Source of the DNA: an uncultured bacterium
GTDB taxonomy: Bacteria > Sysuimicrobiota > Sysuimicrobiia > Sysuimicrobiales > Humicultoraceae
Assembly (NCBI GenBank): GCA_964526945.1
Contig: CAZGNA010000001.1
Span: 1 to 62,805, forward strand
Direction of reading: 5' to 3'
Length of the DNA stretch: 62,805 bases
Shown here: positions 9,828 through 18,953 of the stretch, one piece after another
Layout: the number at the start of each line of letters is the position of its first letter
How positions within the stretch are numbered: the stretch's first letter is position 1
The notes under the pieces: generated by a model
What the model was told of the DNA's origin: nothing
Seen by the model: the letters and a program-made list of their open reading frames with translations, nothing else
Database searches by the model: none
Position numbers and translations under genes: made by a program

Positions 9828-9977
9828 GGCCGTCGGCGGAGGCCGCGCGGATGTTGCGGCGGCGAGACCCTACGGCGTGCGGTGGCCGGCCCGGCGTCTA
9901 GACCGTGCGCCGACCGGGCATACTCATTGGTGAATCCGGTACGAGATGAATCCGGTACACTTGGACACGGGAGCCTC

Positions 9978-10060
9978 CGACAACGGCAAACCCGGAGTGA
10001 TCCGGGGGCGCAAAGCTACGGGTCTCATGGGGGTGAACCCATGAGATGGCCGAGTTGCCG
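9978..10060 (+). promoter_or_regulatory. c-di-GMP-I (GEMM-I) riboswitch aptamer
   Basis: Conserved cores GGCAAACC and GGCGCAAAGCU are present. P2 is CCCGGA-GUGA-UCCGGG with a GNRA loop. The P3 hairpin is GGUCUCAUGGG/CCCAUGAGA(U)GGCC. P1 is CGACAAC (9978-9984) paired with GUUGCCG (10054-10060). It lies about 60 nt upstream of the start codon at 10121. Confidence 0.8.
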
Positions 10061-10120
10061 AAGAGGGCTTCGCGCGCGGGACATGCGCGCCGGATGGCTC
10101 CGGAGATGGAGGCGGATCCG

Positions 10121-12355
10121 ATGCGCGTCCGCGCGGGTGTCGCGCTTGTCTGCACTGCTGCACTTCTCGCTGTCGTTGCGCCGGTAGGCTTCGGTTCTGG
10201 CGGCGTTGGGTCTGCACACCGCGGACACCAACGGAACGATCACTTCGTACACTACCGGAACGATCGGGCGCACGAGGCGAGTTTTCGTGGGTTCGGGGAT
10301 CTCCAGGCCGCGCTGGTAGAACCGGCAAACCGCCCGCGGCTCCCCAGCAGGCGTCCTTCCCCCTCCCCCAGTCCCACCCCTGGGCCATCGCCCACACCCA
10401 CGCCGGCACCGACGCCCGTCCCCTCACCGACCCCAACGCCCAGCCCTGGGCCATCGCCCACACCCACACCGACACCGACGCCCGTCCCTTCACCGGTTCC
10501 GACACCCAGTCCGTCCCCGGGCATCACGGGCGCCCGCTGGAGCGATCCGCGCACGTGGCCCGGGGGGCAAGTGCCCTCACGCACGACCGACGTGCTGATT
10601 CCAGTTGGCAAGGCCGTCGAGGTCGACACGGAGCAGGCGGAGGCACGTGTGCTGATCGTCGAAGGGACCCTGGTATTCAGCCGCACCCGCGCTGCGCGGC
10701 TCGCGCTGTACGGCAACCTCATCGTCCGCCAGAGCGGACGGCTCGAGATGCGCCCCGGTGCGCCGGAGATCGTGCACACGATTCAGTTTCTGGGGATCGA
10801 CGAACGCCGGTTCGTGGGCGGCCACACGATGGAGCCGTTGCCGTCCGATGTGGGCCTGTGGGTGCAGGATGGAGCCCTGCTGGACGTGCAGGGCAGCCCC
10901 AAGCTGGCGTGGGGGCGGTTGGCGGGAAGTGCCGCCGCGGGCGACAGTCGGCTCGTGCTGGCGCAGGACCCCGTGGGCTGGCGGGTGGGTGACGAGCTCG
11001 CCATCACGCCGACGCTTCCGCCAACCGTGTGGGGGCACTACGACGCCTACGACTATGCCACTGTCACGCGCATCGTGGGGCGCGAGGTCACCATCGACAG
11101 GCCCCTGCGCTTCGCCCACCCGGCCGTCGAAGTGCGGCCGGGCGTGACCATGACCGCCGAGGTGCTGAACCTGACGCGCAACGTGCGCATCGAGGGTACA
11201 CCCCAGGGGCGTGCGCACGTGATCTTCAACATGGCTCTCCGGCCGCAGGCGCTGCGCTATGCCGCGCTGCGGTACATGGGGCCCCAGCGGCCGCCCGATG
11301 CCGATGGCAACGTCGTCGGCGTGCTTGGACGCTACGGGGTGCATTTCCACCGAATGGGTGACGCAGCGCGGGGGAGCATGGTCGAGGGGGTCGTGGTCCG
11401 GGATGTCGGGCACATCGGCGTCAACGCCCACGGAAGTCACGGTGTGGTGGTCCGCAGGACCATCGTGCACAATGGCTATGCGCCAACGGCCTTCGGCTGG
11501 GACCCCATTGCGGTCGATACGCGCACCAAGAACTTTGCCAACGGGAGTCACGACGTGCTCTACGAGGAGTGCGTGGCATCCCGCATCACCGTAATCCCGG
11601 CATTCAGGGGATACAGGCTCTCGGGGTTCAGCCTGGTCGGGGGGAAGCGCAACCGGTTGATCAACAGCGTCGCCGTTGGCGTCCAGGGGAACAAGGACGC
11701 CAGCGGGGCTGGCTGGGGCGAAGGAGAGTCGGTGGAAGCCACCAAGACGCCAGACGGTGAGCCGTGGGGCGTCTGGGACGTCCAGGGCTTTGTCGGGCAC
11801 AACAACAGACGCCATGGGTGGTTCGTGTGGCAGAATACCGACAACCCGCATGTTGTCGGCGACGGCTCGGTCTTGTACCACAACGGCGGATTGGGGATCA
11901 ACCACGGGGCGTACCTGAACGTCTACCGGTACCGCAACATGACGTTGTTCGGGAACGGTGAAGGAGGGATCGCACTCCGGGCGCGGGGCGCCATCGTCTT
12001 CGAGAACCTGCACATCGACCAGGGCGGGATGACGGACTACGCGGTGCACACCGCCGAGCACGCACTGTCATCGGAGGGGCGCACGCTCTTCCTCGGCGGC
12101 GTGATGCGCGGGTACCGGAAGGCCGGTGTGGCCTTGTTGTGGCCGGGCAGCAGCGGGGTCGCCGACAAGCTCGACGTGGTCGATGTGCAGTTCGGCGGCA
12201 ACGAGTTCTGGGTGAGCGATAGCACCGCGGCGACGTCCAGTGTGCGATGGCAGCGCGGCGGCGACGCGCTGCTGTTGCAGCGACGCGACCAGCCCGGCGA
12301 ATACGTGGAGTCGCGATGGAACGCGAGCGTCACGCGGATCCCGGTGTTCCGGTAG
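10121..12355 (+). CDS. secreted G8-domain / right-handed beta-helix protein with Pro-Thr-Ser linker
   Basis: ORF 10046..12355. ATG at 10121 has GGAGG 8 nt upstream and a signal-peptide-like [28 protein letters not shown]-rich linker follows. The G8-like segment is [30 protein letters not shown]...EGTLVF, followed by GRYGVHFH and beta-helix repeats. Confidence 0.8.
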   Translation: MRVRAGVALVCTAALLAVVAPVGFGSGGVGSAHRGHQRNDHFVHYRNDRAHEASFRGFGDLQAALVEPANRPRLPSRRPSPSPSPTPGPSPTPTPAPTPVPSPTPTPSPGPSPTPTPTPTPVPSPVPTPSPSPGITGARWSDPRTWPGGQVPSRTTDVLIPVGKAVEVDTEQAEARVLIVEGTLVFSRTRAARLALYGNLIVRQSGRLEMRPGAPEIVHTIQFLGIDERRFVGGHTMEPLPSDVGLWVQDGALLDVQGSPKLAWGRLAGSAAAGDSRLVLAQDPVGWRVGDELAITPTLPPTVWGHYDAYDYATVTRIVGREVTIDRPLRFAHPAVEVRPGVTMTAEVLNLTRNVRIEGTPQGRAHVIFNMALRPQALRYAALRYMGPQRPPDADGNVVGVLGRYGVHFHRMGDAARGSMVEGVVVRDVGHIGVNAHGSHGVVVRRTIVHNGYAPTAFGWDPIAVDTRTKNFANGSHDVLYEECVASRITVIPAFRGYRLSGFSLVGGKRNRLINSVAVGVQGNKDASGAGWGEGESVEATKTPDGEPWGVWDVQGFVGHNNRRHGWFVWQNTDNPHVVGDGSVLYHNGGLGINHGAYLNVYRYRNMTLFGNGEGGIALRARGAIVFENLHIDQGGMTDYAVHTAEHALSSEGRTLFLGGVMRGYRKAGVALLWPGSSGVADKLDVVDVQFGGNEFWVSDSTAATSSVRWQRGGDALLLQRRDQPGEYVESRWNASVTRIPVFR
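10379..10510 (+). repeat. two tandem copies of a 66-bp (22-codon) unit inside the PT-linker coding region
   Basis: cctgggccatcgcccacacccac... occurs at 10379 and again at 10445. There are 3 substitutions in the first 51 nt. Confidence 0.8.
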
Positions 12356-12530
12356 CGACGGACTGCGCCAGCGGTGCGAGGGCGCGGAGGCGCGGACGTC
12401 GGTTGCCATGGAGGTGACGAGACGCGCCAGCAGCGTGGCGTGTGGTGTGTGCGGGTACGCGGTGTGCGGGTACTGCGGTAGGCGGCCCCCGTCCGGCTCG
12501 GAGCGCCTGCTGGCGCTGGCGCCGTGGTGG

Positions 12531-13412
12531 CTATAGCTCGTCGCGTAACCGTAAGAGCACTCCGCGACACAAGTTGGTAAGGTTACGCCACGCCCGACGT
12601 CGCCGAGAGCGGCGGGCGACCGCCGCACGGGCATGGCGGCGCAGCTCCGCTGCCAGCATCGTGCCCGCCCAACGGTCGCCGCGGAGCAGGAACTTGCAGT
12701 AGAAGGCACCGCGCCCCCGGGCGGAGGCGTCGAGGACGCGGTCAAGATCTTCGGGCGTGCGCCGACTCAGGTCATGCCACACGAGGGGGGCGGGCGTGTA
12801 GAGAATCTGGTACCCCCGACGCAATACCCGAAAGGCATACTCGGTGTCGCTGGCCGCGCCCACGGGCGTGCCCGCCCCCATCCGCTCGTCGAACTCGCCC
12901 ACCTGTTCGACCAGCGTCCGTCGAAACGCCATGTTGTTTCCGTGTCCAATGGCCCAGGGCGGTGTGGGATACGCATACAGGCGGCGTGCCGGGTCGTCTT
13001 TGACGGACAGAGCGACAGCCGAGCCAGCGGCCAGGCGGGTTCGGCCAAAGACCATCGGAACGTCGGGGTGAGCGTCGAACTCTGCCGCCAGGTGGGCGAG
13101 CCAGTAGCGGTCGACCACGCAGTCGTCGTCGGTGAAGGCGAGAATGGTACCGCGGCTGGCGCGGAGCCCACGGTTTCGCGCTCGGGCCAGGCCGGGGTGG
13201 CGGTCATAGAGGTAGTACGTCGGCAGACGTGGTTCGCGCATGAACCGGTCGACCACACGGCTGGTCTCGCCGGCGGTTCCGTTGTGGACGATGATCAGCT
13301 CCGCCCGCAGTCCCTGGGGCAGCACGAGGTTTGCGAGGCTGGTCAACGTGTCGACCAGGCTGGCAGGGCGATCGCGCGTGCAGACAATGACGGATACATC
13401 TGCCGAGTGCAT
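12531..13412 (-). CDS. glycosyltransferase family 2
   Basis: ORF 12531..13613. Motifs VSVIVCTRDRP, LARARNRGL and LAFTDDDCVV are present. ATG at 13412 (MHSADVSVIV) is preferred; 13454 is an alternative. Confidence 0.8.
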   Translation of the reverse strand: MHSADVSVIVCTRDRPASLVDTLTSLANLVLPQGLRAELIIVHNGTAGETSRVVDRFMREPRLPTYYLYDRHPGLARARNRGLRASRGTILAFTDDDCVVDRYWLAHLAAEFDAHPDVPMVFGRTRLAAGSAVALSVKDDPARRLYAYPTPPWAIGHGNNMAFRRTLVEQVGEFDERMGAGTPVGAASDTEYAFRVLRRGYQILYTPAPLVWHDLSRRTPEDLDRVLDASARGRGAFYCKFLLRGDRWAGTMLAAELRRHARAAVARRSRRRRAWRNLTNLCRGVLLRLRDEL

Positions 13413-13613
13413 GCTCGACGTCTCTACAGCGGGTGAAGACTTGGGGCCGTGCATCGTTGAGGCGCTGCCGTGATGGCGTGCCTCGCCCTTCGGATACTTG
13501 CCTCGGCCCGTGGTCCGGCCGGTCCCGTGGCGCCGTGAGCGTTCACGGCGTTTCCCGGCGCGCCCCCTGGTGCGACCCGCGGTGGCAGCTACTCTTGGGG
13601 AGCACGCGGGCAC

Positions 13614-14951
13614 TCATCGCCGCATGGCAGGTACAGGGTAGCTGACCGCCAGGCCCCGCGCCGGCACCGGTCGTCCGCCCTCGGACCGTGACTGCAACCC
13701 GAGCACGCTGATGCCTGTGGAGAGCAGCGTGCGCTCCACGGGTACCGGCGGCCGACCCGTGACGAAGAACTCGACGAGCGCGTGCACCAGGTACCCGAAG
13801 TGCTCGTAGGGCGCGCCCTCGAGCACCAGCCCTCCCACGTAGTCCTCGCCGCTGTCGTAGCGGACCCCCAGGCGAAATTCGGCGTCGTCGAACTGGCCCG
13901 GCAGCAGGGCCAGGACGCCACGCGCTCCGTCGAGGTATTCCACCAGGACGACGAAGTCCCGGTCGCTGAGCCCCCCCGGCACCCGCGGAGCCCGGGGCGA
14001 CCGGGTACGGGCGCCTGTCAGCAGCACCTCCAACAGGTCGACTCCCCACCGCTCGCGGTCGGGCAGCGTCCACAGGTCGCGCCCGACCTCACGCACCCAG
14101 GCCACGCCTACTTCCCGCGGGCTGCGCGACTCCATCACAGCCTGCAGCAGTTCCGCGGCGTGAATGGCGTACAGGCGGTACGGAGCGGCCGCCGCTGCGA
14201 TCACCAGCTGTGGCCGCCGTCCCAGGGGGAGCGGCGGCACGAGGGGCACCCAGGGGACTACCGAGCCGCCCATGAGCGGAACCCGCCGCCGGCCGCCCTC
14301 GGCGACGACTGCCAGGCTCTCGTCGAGCGTCGCTGCCAGGTTCTTGTCGACGAACACCGGTGCACCCCGGCCGGCGCGATCGAAGGCCGCCATGGTGGCG
14401 CGAAACAGACGGAACTGCGGCGAGCCTTCCGGTGGTGCCTGGAGGTCTGGCAGGGTGCGGGCGGCGATCACCACGCCGTCGACGGTCAGCTGCGGCCGCG
14501 CCGCTGCGGGCGCATCGAGCAGGGCCTCGGCGGGCGACGACACCGGCCGCACGCCGAACCGGGCCGCGAGCTGCGCGCCAAGGTGGTCGGGACGGGGTGC
14601 CGCCTGGTACATGGTGGCGATCGTGACCGGCGAGCTGTACTGCACGTCGCCCCGCCGGTAGCCGGTCAGGAGGCGCGTGCCGATGACGTCGGCGTGGGAG
14701 ACCGGGTGCCAGCTGTCGACGAGGAACGCCACCGCACGCCGGGCGGGCTGGGCTGTGAGCGCCCCCTGGGCGGCGACGACCGCGTGCAGCAGTATCACGG
14801 CCAGCGTCACCGCCGCGCCTGGCCGTCGCCGGTGAGTGCCGACCGCTGTCCGTAACACGCGTCCCGCGAGGCTCACGCGCCAGCGCCATGTCGGCGCGGG
14901 GTCAGGGCGCGGCGGGCCGGGCGATCCCGTGGGCCAGTGGAGGCGACGCAC
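13614..14951 (-). CDS. hypothetical exported protein (weak Gfo/Idh/MocA-like resemblance)
   Basis: GTG at 14951 has GGAG 7 nt upstream. There is an N-terminal hydrophobic segment, AVTLAVILLHAVVAAQG. The segment APVFVDKNLAATLDESLAVV resembles the oxidoreductase family only loosely. Confidence 0.5.
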   Translation of the reverse strand: MRRLHWPTGSPGPPRPDPAPTWRWRVSLAGRVLRTAVGTHRRRPGAAVTLAVILLHAVVAAQGALTAQPARRAVAFLVDSWHPVSHADVIGTRLLTGYRRGDVQYSSPVTIATMYQAAPRPDHLGAQLAARFGVRPVSSPAEALLDAPAAARPQLTVDGVVIAARTLPDLQAPPEGSPQFRLFRATMAAFDRAGRGAPVFVDKNLAATLDESLAVVAEGGRRRVPLMGGSVVPWVPLVPPLPLGRRPQLVIAAAAAPYRLYAIHAAELLQAVMESRSPREVGVAWVREVGRDLWTLPDRERWGVDLLEVLLTGARTRSPRAPRVPGGLSDRDFVVLVEYLDGARGVLALLPGQFDDAEFRLGVRYDSGEDYVGGLVLEGAPYEHFGYLVHALVEFFVTGRPPVPVERTLLSTGISVLGLQSRSEGGRPVPARGLAVSYPVPAMRR

Positions 14952-14970
14952 GGAGGCGCTCCGGCTCGGG

Positions 14971-16155
14971 TTACGGCGCTGCCAGCCGGGGGAACAGCAG
15001 CAGCCGCAACGGGTAGGCGGTCATGATCACCAGGGTGCCGTCGCGCGTCGCCGTCGATCCCTGGATGATGAGGTTGCGGGCCACGGTGCGGGTATAGCCC
15101 GGCGGTGGGGGGCCCAGCGGTGCGACCCGTCCGACCACACGGGGGACGCCGTCGTCGGGGTGCACGCGGAGGAGGTACAGGTCGTTGCCGTAGGTGGCGG
15201 TGTAGTACAGCGCTCCGTCGGGTGCAGCCGTGATGGTGTAGTGGACCCCGGGCGGCGTGTACCCCGGAGGGATCGCGGCGCCGAGCACGCGGACGAGCAC
15301 CTCACGCTCGCGCGGCTGATAGAGGTAGACCTGGCCGGATCCTTTGCCTACACCAACGAAAGACCGCCCCTGGGGTGTCGCAGCCAGCGCATACGGCGCC
15401 TCGTAGGTGCCGGCGCCCGTCAGGACCAGCGGCAGGCGTTCGACGACGCCCCGGGCGGCACTGTACCGTGCGATGGTGGCCTCGGGCCAGGGGTGGAAGG
15501 CATCGCCGTTGGCGAGTACGACCAGGTAGCGGGTCGGGTCCTGTCCGGGCGGCCCGAACTGTCCCCGGTCGGTGAACGCGCGCGTGCGCAGGTCGTAGGT
15601 GACCAGGTGGCTGTCCGGGTCGGTCAGCACATAGACAAGATGCCGCTCGGCATCGAGACCGACGGCGATGATGCTGACTCTGGGCTTGACGATACCGAGG
15701 TCGGTCGTGGTGCCCGTCTTGGGGTCGAACACCAGCAGATGTCCGCCTGGATAGTGCGCCTGGGCGGCGGCATCCCGCGCGGGGCGGCCCGACTTCGTCC
15801 CGAAGTACACCCGCCCGTCCGGCGCGATGACCGGTTTCGTGTGGATCTTCGCCTGGGCATAGGGTCCCGGCATGCGCTCACCGGTCACCGCGGACATCTC
15901 GGCAAGGCTTTCGAACCGCCCGGTGCTTCCTGTGAAGGCCAACAGGTGCGCGTAGCCATTGTAGACCGTCGTCCCGAGGTAGATCCGGCCGTCCTCGGCG
16001 GCCTGGACGGCGGTGTAGGCGCCGCCGGTGTGATACTCCTCGGGTACGTAGACGACGGTAGGGGTCAATACGGGAAGCGGGGCCGCTCCCGCAGCGGTGC
16101 CCGTGAGCCCGAGGGTGATCGCGGCCAGTACGAGATGTCGTCGAAGCATACCCAT
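14971..16155 (-). CDS. secreted hypothetical protein, beta-propeller-like repeats
   Basis: ORF 14971..16239. An internal start gives the signal peptide MGMLRRHLVLAAITLGLTGTAAGAAP. Motifs of the form DGRIYLGT / DGRVYFGT / DGALYYT recur. Confidence 0.6.
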   Translation of the reverse strand: MGMLRRHLVLAAITLGLTGTAAGAAPLPVLTPTVVYVPEEYHTGGAYTAVQAAEDGRIYLGTTVYNGYAHLLAFTGSTGRFESLAEMSAVTGERMPGPYAQAKIHTKPVIAPDGRVYFGTKSGRPARDAAAQAHYPGGHLLVFDPKTGTTTDLGIVKPRVSIIAVGLDAERHLVYVLTDPDSHLVTYDLRTRAFTDRGQFGPPGQDPTRYLVVLANGDAFHPWPEATIARYSAARGVVERLPLVLTGAGTYEAPYALAATPQGRSFVGVGKGSGQVYLYQPREREVLVRVLGAAIPPGYTPPGVHYTITAAPDGALYYTATYGNDLYLLRVHPDDGVPRVVGRVAPLGPPPPGYTRTVARNLIIQGSTATRDGTLVIMTAYPLRLLLFPRLAAP

Positions 16156-16460
16156 AGGTCGAGGCCCGACCGGCATGTGTCGTTCCCAGTATACCCCAGA
16201 CGCCCTGGCCCCGGGCGTTCCGGGCTGGTGGTCGGCCATCGTCGGTGGGCGCGCGGTGCGCGGCCCGGGGGGCGCTGCGTGGCACCGGATCTCCGGGAGC
16301 AGCCGGGTGGCGACGGTCTAAAAGGTCGAGGACTTGGCCATTAGTACTGTGTGGGAGCACCACCTGGGTCTGGACGTCAAAGTGAGCGGCATACGTGCCG
16401 CCATGTCGTGGTAGAACCTGCCGCGACCGGCGGGTATCGTATGTCTGGCAGGACGGGGCA

Positions 16461-17585
16461 ATGGTGGCTGATGACCTGCTGGCGGCGATGGAGCGCATTG
16501 CGCGCGCTCCGGGTCGCAGCGGGGGGCGTGCGCCGCTGGCCGCCGCGGTGCGTGAAATCGCCAGTCGGGTCGGTGACGGTATGGTCGCGCTCCAGGTGCC
16601 CGGGGCACCCGCTGTCTGGTATCCACGCCAGGCAGCCGGGTCCCTGGCAAGGGCGCTGCAGCCGTGGCATGCCCGGGTGGTCCAGCGCGGGCGTGCGCTG
16701 CCGGTCAACCTCCCGGCCGGTCCGCGGCGACCGTCTTTGCGACAGGGGGTCGTCTTCCCCGTGCTTCTCCCGACGGGAGACGTGGGTGTCCTGGCGGTGT
16801 GGCATGGTGCCACGCGCCCACCCCTGTCGGAGGAGCGCATGGCCGAGTGCATGCTCCTGGCGGGGTGGGCGGCCGCCCTGGTGGCGTGTACGCGCGCAGG
16901 TCAGCGTGCAGAGCTCGCCGCGGCGACAGCCGTGCGCGAGCGCATCGCACGCGATCTGCACGACGGGCCGTTGCAGCTGCTCTCGGCGGCCCTCCTGCGC
17001 CTGCGGGCGCCCGTGCAGGCCGGGACGACGTCGAGCGGCGCGCTGCGGGCAGCCGAGCGCGACCTGGCCAGGGCCGTGCGGCAGCTGCGTGCGCTGGTTG
17101 GCCGTGTGCGAGCGCCCCGATCCCGGCGGCCGCTGTCCGCGCGTATTCGGGACGCCCTGGCCCGCCTGGGGGAAGCCGGGCAGTTCGTCTGGACGCTGCG
17201 CTGGCAGAAGGCGGCCGGGGCGTTGCGCGACGAGGTGGCCGACGAGGTATTCGCCGTGGTCCAGGAAGCCCTGGTCAACGCGTCGCGGCACGCGAGGGCG
17301 ACCCGCGTGGAGGTGCGCGGTCGACGGCGCGGGGACGTGCTCGAAGTCGTCGTGCGCGACGACGGCGTGGGGTTCGATCCTGCGGCACGGCGCGGGCGGC
17401 GGGCAGCGCTGGCGTTCGGGCTGCGCGGGATGCGCGAACGGGTGCGGGACCTGGGGGGGACCCTGGCGATCCGGTCACGGCCGGATCGAGGGACCCGGGT
17501 GGTGCTCAGGGTCCCGGTGGCACCTGCCCGGCACAGGGCGAACGGGACCCGAGAGGGAGGAGTCGAGCGCCGCGGTGGGGAATAG
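16461..17585 (+). CDS. sensor histidine kinase, HisKA_3/HATPase_c (NarL-partner type), GAF-like N-terminus, no TM segment
   Basis: H-box RIARDLHDGPLQLL, N-box EALVNASRHA, and DDGVGF...GLRGMRERVRDLGGTL are present. ATG at 16461. Confidence 0.85.
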   Translation: MVADDLLAAMERIARAPGRSGGRAPLAAAVREIASRVGDGMVALQVPGAPAVWYPRQAAGSLARALQPWHARVVQRGRALPVNLPAGPRRPSLRQGVVFPVLLPTGDVGVLAVWHGATRPPLSEERMAECMLLAGWAAALVACTRAGQRAELAAATAVRERIARDLHDGPLQLLSAALLRLRAPVQAGTTSSGALRAAERDLARAVRQLRALVGRVRAPRSRRPLSARIRDALARLGEAGQFVWTLRWQKAAGALRDEVADEVFAVVQEALVNASRHARATRVEVRGRRRGDVLEVVVRDDGVGFDPAARRGRRAALAFGLRGMRERVRDLGGTLAIRSRPDRGTRVVLRVPVAPARHRANGTREGGVERRGGE

Positions 17586-17693
17586 AATACTGGCCTCCGA
17601 GCACAACGCGCATCCAACCTGTGACACTCCGGCATACGCCGCTGCAGGCACCGGCCCCAGCATAGCGGCCGTGTGGCACGGCCGGGGGAGACC

Positions 17694-18347
17694 GTGATCA
17701 ACGTCCTGCTGGTGGAAGATCAATGCCTGGTGCGCGCCGGCCTCCGGGCGCTGCTGGACCAGGAGAGCGACATCCGGGTCGTCGGCGAGGCCGAGGACGG
17801 CGAGGAAGCCGTGCGGCTGGCCCGCGAGCTCCAGCCCGACCTGGTCTTGATGGACGTGAAGCTGCCCAAGCTGGACGGCATCGCGGCCACCCGACGGATC
17901 AAGGAGCTCAACGGCAACATCGAGGTGCTGATCCTGTCGGCCTACGAGGACGACGAGACCGTCTTCCAGGCCATCCAGGCTGGCGCCAGCGGGTACGTGC
18001 TGAAGGACATCACGCCTACCAACCTCGTGCGGGCGATTCGGTCGGTTCGAGCCGGGATGTCGACCGTGCATCCGGGGATTACCCGACGGCTGCTGGAGCG
18101 CATCTCGCACATGTCGCGCGTGCGCAACGCCGGGTCGGCCCCGATCCACAGCAACGGGTTGACCGACCGCGAGGTCGAGATCCTCGTGGGGATCGCCCGG
18201 GGGGCGAGCAGTCGGGAACTGGCCGCCCAGCTCTTCGTGTCGGAGAGCACCGTCAAGAGTCACCTGCGTGCCATCTATCGGAAGATCGGAGTGCGCGACC
18301 GCTCGCAGGCCGTCGCCTACGCGATCCGCAAGGGCTTCGTGCGGTAG
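17694..18347 (+). CDS. response regulator, NarL/LuxR family (REC + HTH)
   Basis: VLLVEDQ...[14 protein letters not shown]..., then [39 protein letters not shown] at 17694 follows GGGGGAG. Confidence 0.9.
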   Translation: MINVLLVEDQCLVRAGLRALLDQESDIRVVGEAEDGEEAVRLARELQPDLVLMDVKLPKLDGIAATRRIKELNGNIEVLILSAYEDDETVFQAIQAGASGYVLKDITPTNLVRAIRSVRAGMSTVHPGITRRLLERISHMSRVRNAGSAPIHSNGLTDREVEILVGIARGASSRELAAQLFVSESTVKSHLRAIYRKIGVRDRSQAVAYAIRKGFVR

Positions 18348-18350
18348 CCT

Positions 18351-18818
18351 ATGAAGCCCCCCGGGGGCTGGGCTCTGGTCGTCCCCGCCGGCGTCGCGGC
18401 GGGCGCCTACGGGGCCGCGACCGATGCCGGGGCAGGTTTCTACCTGGCTGCGATCGGTGCGGCGGCGGCCGTCACCTTCGGCGTGTCCGTGCAGTCCCGG
18501 GCGGCCCTCATGGGCGCCGGAACGCTGGGCGGGTTGTTGTGCCTGGTGGGAGGCACGCTCGGCCTGTACGGGGCGGCCATGCGCGCGCCCTGGCGGGGCG
18601 ACACGGGCGTCTACCTCCTCGCCCTCGGCGGCGGCCTGGCCGCGGCGGCGCTGGTCGCGAGCGGGGGGACGCTGCGGGGTGGTACAGAGGTTGTCGAGCG
18701 CGTGCGTCCTCAGGCGGTGATCATCGGCATCCTTTCGCTGGTCCTCTTCCTTTTGGGCAGTGTCTTCCTCCTGATCCGCACGCTTCCCCCGGGGCTGGCC
18801 GAGCGGCCGGGCTTGTAG
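18351..18818 (+). CDS. small integral membrane protein, unknown function
   Basis: ATG lies 3 nt after the regulator stop. Four to five Gly/Ala/Leu-rich hydrophobic segments are present. Confidence 0.6.
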   Translation: MKPPGGWALVVPAGVAAGAYGAATDAGAGFYLAAIGAAAAVTFGVSVQSRAALMGAGTLGGLLCLVGGTLGLYGAAMRAPWRGDTGVYLLALGGGLAAAALVASGGTLRGGTEVVERVRPQAVIIGILSLVLFLLGSVFLLIRTLPPGLAERPGL

Positions 18819-18853
18819 CCCGGGGGAAGGGCGGCGGGTGGCCTGCGCAGGGC

Positions 18854-18881
18854 TTGACGCCGCGCGGCAAGACTTTACAAT
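18854..18881 (+). promoter_or_regulatory. sigma-A-type promoter of the hspR-like/hsp20 operon
   Basis: TTGACG (18854-18859), a 16-nt spacer, then TACAAT (18876-18881), in a locally A/T-rich stretch. Confidence 0.55.
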
Positions 18882-18914
18882 GATATTGGCAAGATTCTTG
18901 ACATCGATCTTGCC
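18866..18914 (+). promoter_or_regulatory. candidate operator: four copies of a GnCAAGA half-site
   Basis: GGCAAGA is at 18866-18872 and 18888-18894. Inverted TCTTGAC is at 18896-18902 and TCTTGCC at 18908-18914. Positions 18888-18902 form a 7-1-7 near-palindrome just downstream of the -10 box. Confidence 0.4.
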
Positions 18915-18953
18915 ATGTCGTACGCCAGGCCAACCCTGGTGGAGAACGCGGCG

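Noticed and set aside
10046-10120. The ORF-track start (10046) for the G8 protein.
   Set aside because: It lies inside the riboswitch aptamer (P3/P1). It adds 25 residues before a canonical signal peptide. ATG 10121 has a well-spaced GGAGG.
10330-10530. Highly repetitive CCN-ACN-CCN DNA that could be mistaken for a repeat array or CRISPR-like structure.
   Set aside because: It is in frame within the G8 protein and encodes a Pro-Thr-Ser linker. There is no spacer/repeat organisation.
12447-12473. GTGTGCGGGTAC repeated with a 15-nt period in the convergent gap between the G8 gene and the GT2 gene.
   Set aside because: It is a short tandem in a non-coding convergent terminator region. There is no associated structure or gene, so it is most likely a slippage product.
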